Below, one piece after another: positions 59,318 through 64,000 of a stretch of 64,000 nt of DNA. Each line of letters opens with the position of its first letter. The stretch's first letter is position 1. The notes under the pieces were generated by a model that saw only the letters and a program-made list of their open reading frames with translations, searched no databases and was not told where the DNA came from. This DNA comes from Somniosus microcephalus (taxonomy: Eukaryota): positions 207,576,001 through 207,640,000 of the forward strand of contig CM126208.1 in NCBI GenBank assembly GCA_052327205.1. The letters are read 5' to 3'. The translations under genes were made by a program, and so were the position numbers.

Positions 59318-59902
59318 TTTAAAATTTAGTCAATAAAATTGATATACCTATCAATTCGTCCAATGAAAAGCGACGAGTTAAGAAAGTAACTATAGGTTTT
59401 TATTGATTAAATAACAGAGCCCACCCTCGTGGGTGATCGGATCCAAGAAGGAGGAATACCAGCCAGTCGACCACCTTTATACCTGGGCAGGTAGGTGGAG
59501 CCATGGGCGGAGTCGGCAGTGGTCAGCCCAGGTATAGCAGCGTGACAAGAGGCGACCTCGTACAGTGATACAACAATGTGAACAGTGATAACTATAGGGA
59601 AACGATCTAACAGTGATAACTATAGTGTAACGATAGTGAACGGTAAAAGTGGTTTACCACATAGCTCATTTTTGTAGCTTGCCTCCTCCCACAAGATCAA
59701 CGACTTCTTCATTTATCATCCAGATGCCCCTGACAAATAGGGCTACAGCACCTTCTTTCCTGCTCAGTCTAGACACTCTATACTGTTGAATGTTAAACCC
59801 ATTTCCACCATATAGACTAGCCACAATTATGCTAGTTCCATGTCATTATAGTGCCCTACTGCAACCAAAGCCTCCAGTTCTGGCATCAGTGAAAGTGTAA
59901 TC

Positions 59903-60930
59903 AGAACATAAGAATTAGGAGCAGGAGTAGGCCATACGGCCCCGTGAGGCTGCTCCATCATTCAATAAGATTATGGCTGATCATCGACCTTAACTCCACT
60001 TTCCTGCCCGATCTCCATATCCCTTGATTCCCCTGGAGTCCAAAAGTCTATCTTCTCAGCCTTGAATATACTCAAAGACTCAGCATTCACAGCCTTTTGG
60101 GGCAGAGAATTCCAAAGATTCTCAACCCTCTGAGTGAAGAAATTCCTCCTCCATCTCGGTCTTAAATGGCCTACCCCTTATCCTGAGACTATGCTCCCTA
60201 GTTCTAGACACTCAAGCCAGGGGAAACAACGTCTCAACATCTACCCTGTCAATCCCCTTCAGATTGTTTCAATGAGATCACCTCTCATTCTTCTAAACTC
60301 GAGAGTATAGGCCCATTCTACACAATCTCTCATCATGGGACAGCCCTCTCATCCCAGGAATCAATCTAGTGAACCTTTGTTGCACCACCTCCAAGGCAAG
60401 TATATCCATCCTTCCTTAGATAAGGAGACCAAAACTGTGCACAGTACTCCAGGTGTGATCTCACCAAGGCCCTGTACAATTGTAGCAAGACTTCCTTACT
60501 CTTATACTCCAACCCCCTTGCTATAAAGGCCAACATGCCATTTGACTTCCTTATTACTTGCTGTACCTGCATGCTAGCTTTCTGTGTTTCTTGCACGAGG
60601 ACACCCAAATCTCTCTGAGCACCAACATGAAAGTTTCTCACCATTTTAAAAAATATTCTGTTTTTCTATTCTTCCTACCAAAGTGAATAACTTCACATTT
60701 CCCTACACTATACTCCATCTGCCACCTTACTGCCTGCTCACTTGGTCTATCTATTTCCCTTTGCAACTTATTGAATGCCTTTTGGAAATCCAAATATACT
60801 ACATCCACTGGTTCCCCTTTATCGACCCTGCTGGTTACATCCTCAAAAACGCGAATTAATTTGTCAAACACGATTTCCCTTTCATAAAACCATGTTGACT
60901 CTGCCTAATCATGTTATGATTTTCTAATGT
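59903..60930 (-). mobile_element. CR1 RT/3' fragment with internal deletions
   Basis: QSQHGFMKGKSCLTN, DFQKAF, QRDLGVLV, 3' UTR and tail agaacataagaa. Confidence 0.87.
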
Positions 60931-61119
60931 AATGTATGCCAGAGACTGTCCCTGATCTTGTGCAACTCTGGCCATGTTTGATGTAGTGCCAATTGGAAGG
61001 CAGGGAAACTTCCATAATGGCTCTTGGCTCTGAGCCTCCACCATCATGGAGGATTGCTGATCCCTCCACCATTCCCTATGTAGGAGCAAAAAAGCACAGA
61101 GTGATTTTACGCTTTTATA

Positions 61120-61636
61120 TTCGGCTGCCCGTGTCCTAACCCGCACCAAGTCCCACTCATCCATCTCCCCTGTGCTCACTGACCTACATTAGCTCCCGGT
61201 TAAGCAATGCCCCGATTTCAAAATTCTCATCCTTGTTTTCAAATCCCTCCATGGCCTCACCCCTCCCTATCTCTGTAACCTCTTTCAGCTCTACAACCAC
61301 CCCCCCCCCCCCCCCCGCCCCCCGAGATATCTGCGCTCCTCTAATTCTGGCCTCTTGAGCATCCTTGATTATAATTGCTCAACCTTAGGTGGTCATGGCT
61401 TCAGCTACCAAGGCCCTGAGCTCTGGAATTCCCTCCCTAAACCTCTCCGCCTCCCTACCTCTCTTTTGTCCTTTAGGACACTCCTTAAAATCTACCTCTT
61501 TGACCAAGCTTTTGGTCGCCTACCCTAATTTCTTCTTATGTGGCTCGGTGTCAAATTTTTGTCTTGCAATACTCCTGTGAAGTGCCTTAGGACGCTTTAC
61601 TACATTAAAGGTGCTATATAAATACAAGTTGTTGTT
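61120..61636 (+). mobile_element. L2-clade LINE 3' fragment
   Basis: Closely similar to 13670-14160, including the (TTG)n tail. Confidence 0.85.
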
Positions 61637-62720
61637 ATAATAATTTTTACTCATTTAATTTGGGGGAATGCCTTTTTATCTCCAAGGTCTAATTTTATAT
61701 TTAACTTAATGTACTGTTTTTCTTAAAGAAACTTCAGACACAAAGCATGGCTTTATGAAGAAAACAATAGTTTATTATACAACATCTTAGGTTCATGCAC
61801 GATTTAGTATTGCTTTAACAACAAGTAAAGAACACCTTCTGAATTTTCAAAATACATAACCTTTTGCAAATCAAATGTTTTATCTTAGACTAACCCCTTA
61901 ATGAAAGTCTATATACGTATGGTTGGCTCAGGCTTGTCGAGATTCTCTGAATATCTTGATGGTCACAATTGTTGTGTAGCATGGCTTTCACTTGTAGTCT
62001 GGTCAGCCATGCAGAAGCAACCTGTAAATCTGCATCAAGGCACGAAACTGTGAGGGAGAGAGTAGTTATGGAGCCAGGTGAGGAGGCGCCAACAGGAAAC
62101 AAAAGGCAAGACTGGAGCAGCAAAGTGGTGGAGCAGTGATTCACACACTGACTCCTGCTTGAGTCTTTAAAAGTCTCTTTAATTTTGAGCCACACTTCTG
62201 GGACAGTGGTTTGTCAACCTTAGGCTTCTTAACATACAACTCCAAGATTGATAGACAGTCCATTTGCTTTCTCTTAGCGCCTCTGACGTAATCAGGTTAA
62301 GTAGACAGGTGTTCAGCCAATCTTCAGCTGGCATGGAGTCGAGTTCTTGATATGGTGATCTGTGCTTCTCTGTGTGGTCTTTAAAAATGGGTAATTTAAC
62401 AATCCCTTTACTAATTTTTCCTTCAGCCTGCTGGAGCCGATTTTACATCAAACTATCATTTATCAGATGTACAGTCAGAAGTGCCACTTTCTACCAGAAG
62501 AGGAGCACAGAGGGCAATATTATAAACACATGCTCACAGGGCGAGTAGTAGTACAAAAGGAGACCATGAAATGCACACAGCAAGCAAATAAAGGAAGAGA
62601 TATTTCTATTAAACAGCCTGCTTCAGTACTTTATATTGCATCTATTTCTGATTAGCTATAGGGCAGCAGTAAACTCACTTTTGGGTTCTAGGTTATTTTA
62701 GTAGGTGACTAGGTATAACA

Positions 62721-63086
62721 GGCAGCACGGTGGCATAGTGGTTAGCACTGTTGCCTCACAACTCCAGGGACCCGGGTTCGAATCCGGCCTCAGGTGACTG
62801 TCTGTGTGGAGTTTGCACATTCTCCCCGTGTTTGCGTGGGTTTCCTCCGGGTGCTCCGGTTTCCTCCCACAGTCCAAAGATGTGCAGGTTAGGTTGATTG
62901 GCTATGATAAAATTGACCCTTAGTGTTAGGGGGATTAAATACGTGGGGTTACGGGGATAGGGTGGGATATGTGTTGGTGTAGGGATTACGGGGATTGGGG
63001 GTGGGATATGTGTCGGTGCAGGCTCGATGGGCCGAAATGGCCTCTATCTGCACTGTGAGGTTTCTGTGATTTCTGTGATTCTGTGA
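62721..63086 (+). mobile_element. tRNA-derived V-SINE (HE1-like), full length
   Basis: A box tggcatagtgg, B box ggttcgaatcc; V domain tgtgtggagtttgcacattctccccgtg..gggtttcctccgggtgctccggtttcctcccaca; CR1-like tail with (TTTCTGTGA) repeats. Confidence 0.9.
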
Positions 63087-63178
63087 TATCAAGCAGACCA
63101 ATATGTAACATTCTCCTTGGCAAAGAAGATTTCCTTAACTGAAATAAATGGCAATAAGATTATCCTGAACCTTCTATG

Positions 63179-63630
63179 TGTCAGCTGTGGCTCAGTGGGT
63201 AGCTCCCTCGCTCCTGAGTCAGAAGGTTGTGGGTTGAAGTTCCACTCCAGAGACTTGAGTACAATAATCCAGGCTGACACTCCCAGTGCAGTGCTGAGGG
63301 AGTGCTGCACTGTCAGAGATGCCATTTTTCGGATGAGATGTTAAACCGAGGCCCCGTCTCTGCTCTCGGGTGGACGTAAAAGATCCCATGGCACGATATC
63401 AAAGAAGAGCAGGGGAGTTATCCTCAGTGTCCCGGCCAGTATTTATCCGTCAACCAACATAACAAAAACAGATTATCTGGTCATTGTGGGAGCTTGCTGT
63501 GTGCAAACTGGCTGCCGCGTTTCCTACATTACAACAGTGACTACACTTCAAAAAAGTATTTAATTGCTGTAAAGCACTTTGGGACGCCCAGTGGTCATGA
63601 AAGGCGCTATAGAAATGCAAGTCTTTCTTT
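63179..63630 (+). mobile_element. SacSINE1/Deu-SINE-like element, full length
   Basis: tRNA-like head tggctcagtgg..; Deu-like core ttcggatgagatgttaaaccgaggccccgtct; tail aaaggcgctatagaaatgcaagtctttcttt. Confidence 0.82.
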
Positions 63631-63708
63631 CATTCCCTAACTGAAAGGATTTTGAAATCATCATGAGACCAATTTTGCTGTGCTGCTGCTGTGTTTGATA
63701 GAGACCTT

Positions 63709-64000
63709 GGCCACGATTTTATCATTGGTGGTGGGGTGGGTGCGGGTCAGGTGGTCGGTGGGTCCCGGTCCCGCCTCTGCTTTCAGCCAGTAAAAAATTG
63801 CGATTTTGCCCTAATTGGGCAATTGATTCCCTGCGTGTGCGCTCCCCTGGCCAGTTACTGTTTTGGGTCTGGAACTCGCCTCTGCTGATGTCTGTGAGCC
63901 AGCTCCATTTTAAGGGGCCCATGCAGCCTTGGTTCATTCTCTTATTTTTTGCTTCTGGATTGTCTACTCTGCTGACTACTGCTGACATGGCAACCTCAAG
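63709..64000. mobile_element. Probable left end of a non-autonomous Harbinger-like element
   Basis: Starts GGCCACGATTTT, similar to the other Harbinger termini; GC-rich subterminal sequence; other end not in the window. Confidence 0.35.

Larger units (their letters stand above)
55048..59661 (-). mobile_element. Gypsy LTR retrotransposon C: full length and young, TSD TAGCT
   Basis: 322-bp LTRs at 55048-55369 and 59340-59661 with 2 differences seen. TAGCT at 55043-55047 and 59662-59666. PPT aaggggtgaa at 55370-55379(-). Order gag-PR-RT-RH-IN. Confidence 0.98.

Noticed and set aside
62721-62795. tRNA gene (also 9590-9660 and 63179-63250)
   Set aside because: A/B boxes continue into SINE core and tail sequence, so these are SINE heads.
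47250-64000. Next OXR1 exon, and the preceding exon within 1-31710
   Set aside because: No matching coding sequence seen by eye; they probably lie outside the window. TBLASTN with OXR1 would settle it.

Overview
Eukaryotic, repeat-dense DNA. The repeat content (HE1/V-SINE-like, SacSINE/Deu-SINE-like, CR1, Penelope, Harbinger) points to a cartilaginous fish such as a shark; this is an inference. The only host-gene sequence I can find is three consecutive + strand coding exons of OXR1 (31711-31895, 41362-42167, 47081-47249), which splice in frame. The rest is intron packed with nested mobile elements: three related Gypsy LTR retrotransposons (one young, with a TAGCT target-site duplication and LTRs differing at 2 of 322 positions), many CR1 LINEs, L2 and Penelope fragments, Harbinger DNA transposons, a Tigger-like MITE, SINEs and a CT-rich minisatellite with assembly gaps. 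The main observation concerns the three Gypsy elements. None has a tRNA primer-binding site. Instead, 1 nt after the 5' LTR, each carries a 14-15 nt complement of its own LTR poly(A)-signal region, and the paired sequence differs between families. In two of them the enclosed U5 can fold into a conserved cloverleaf. This suggests tRNA-independent self-priming and/or masking of the 5' poly(A) site. All coordinates were read by eye; boundaries of degenerate fragments are approximate.
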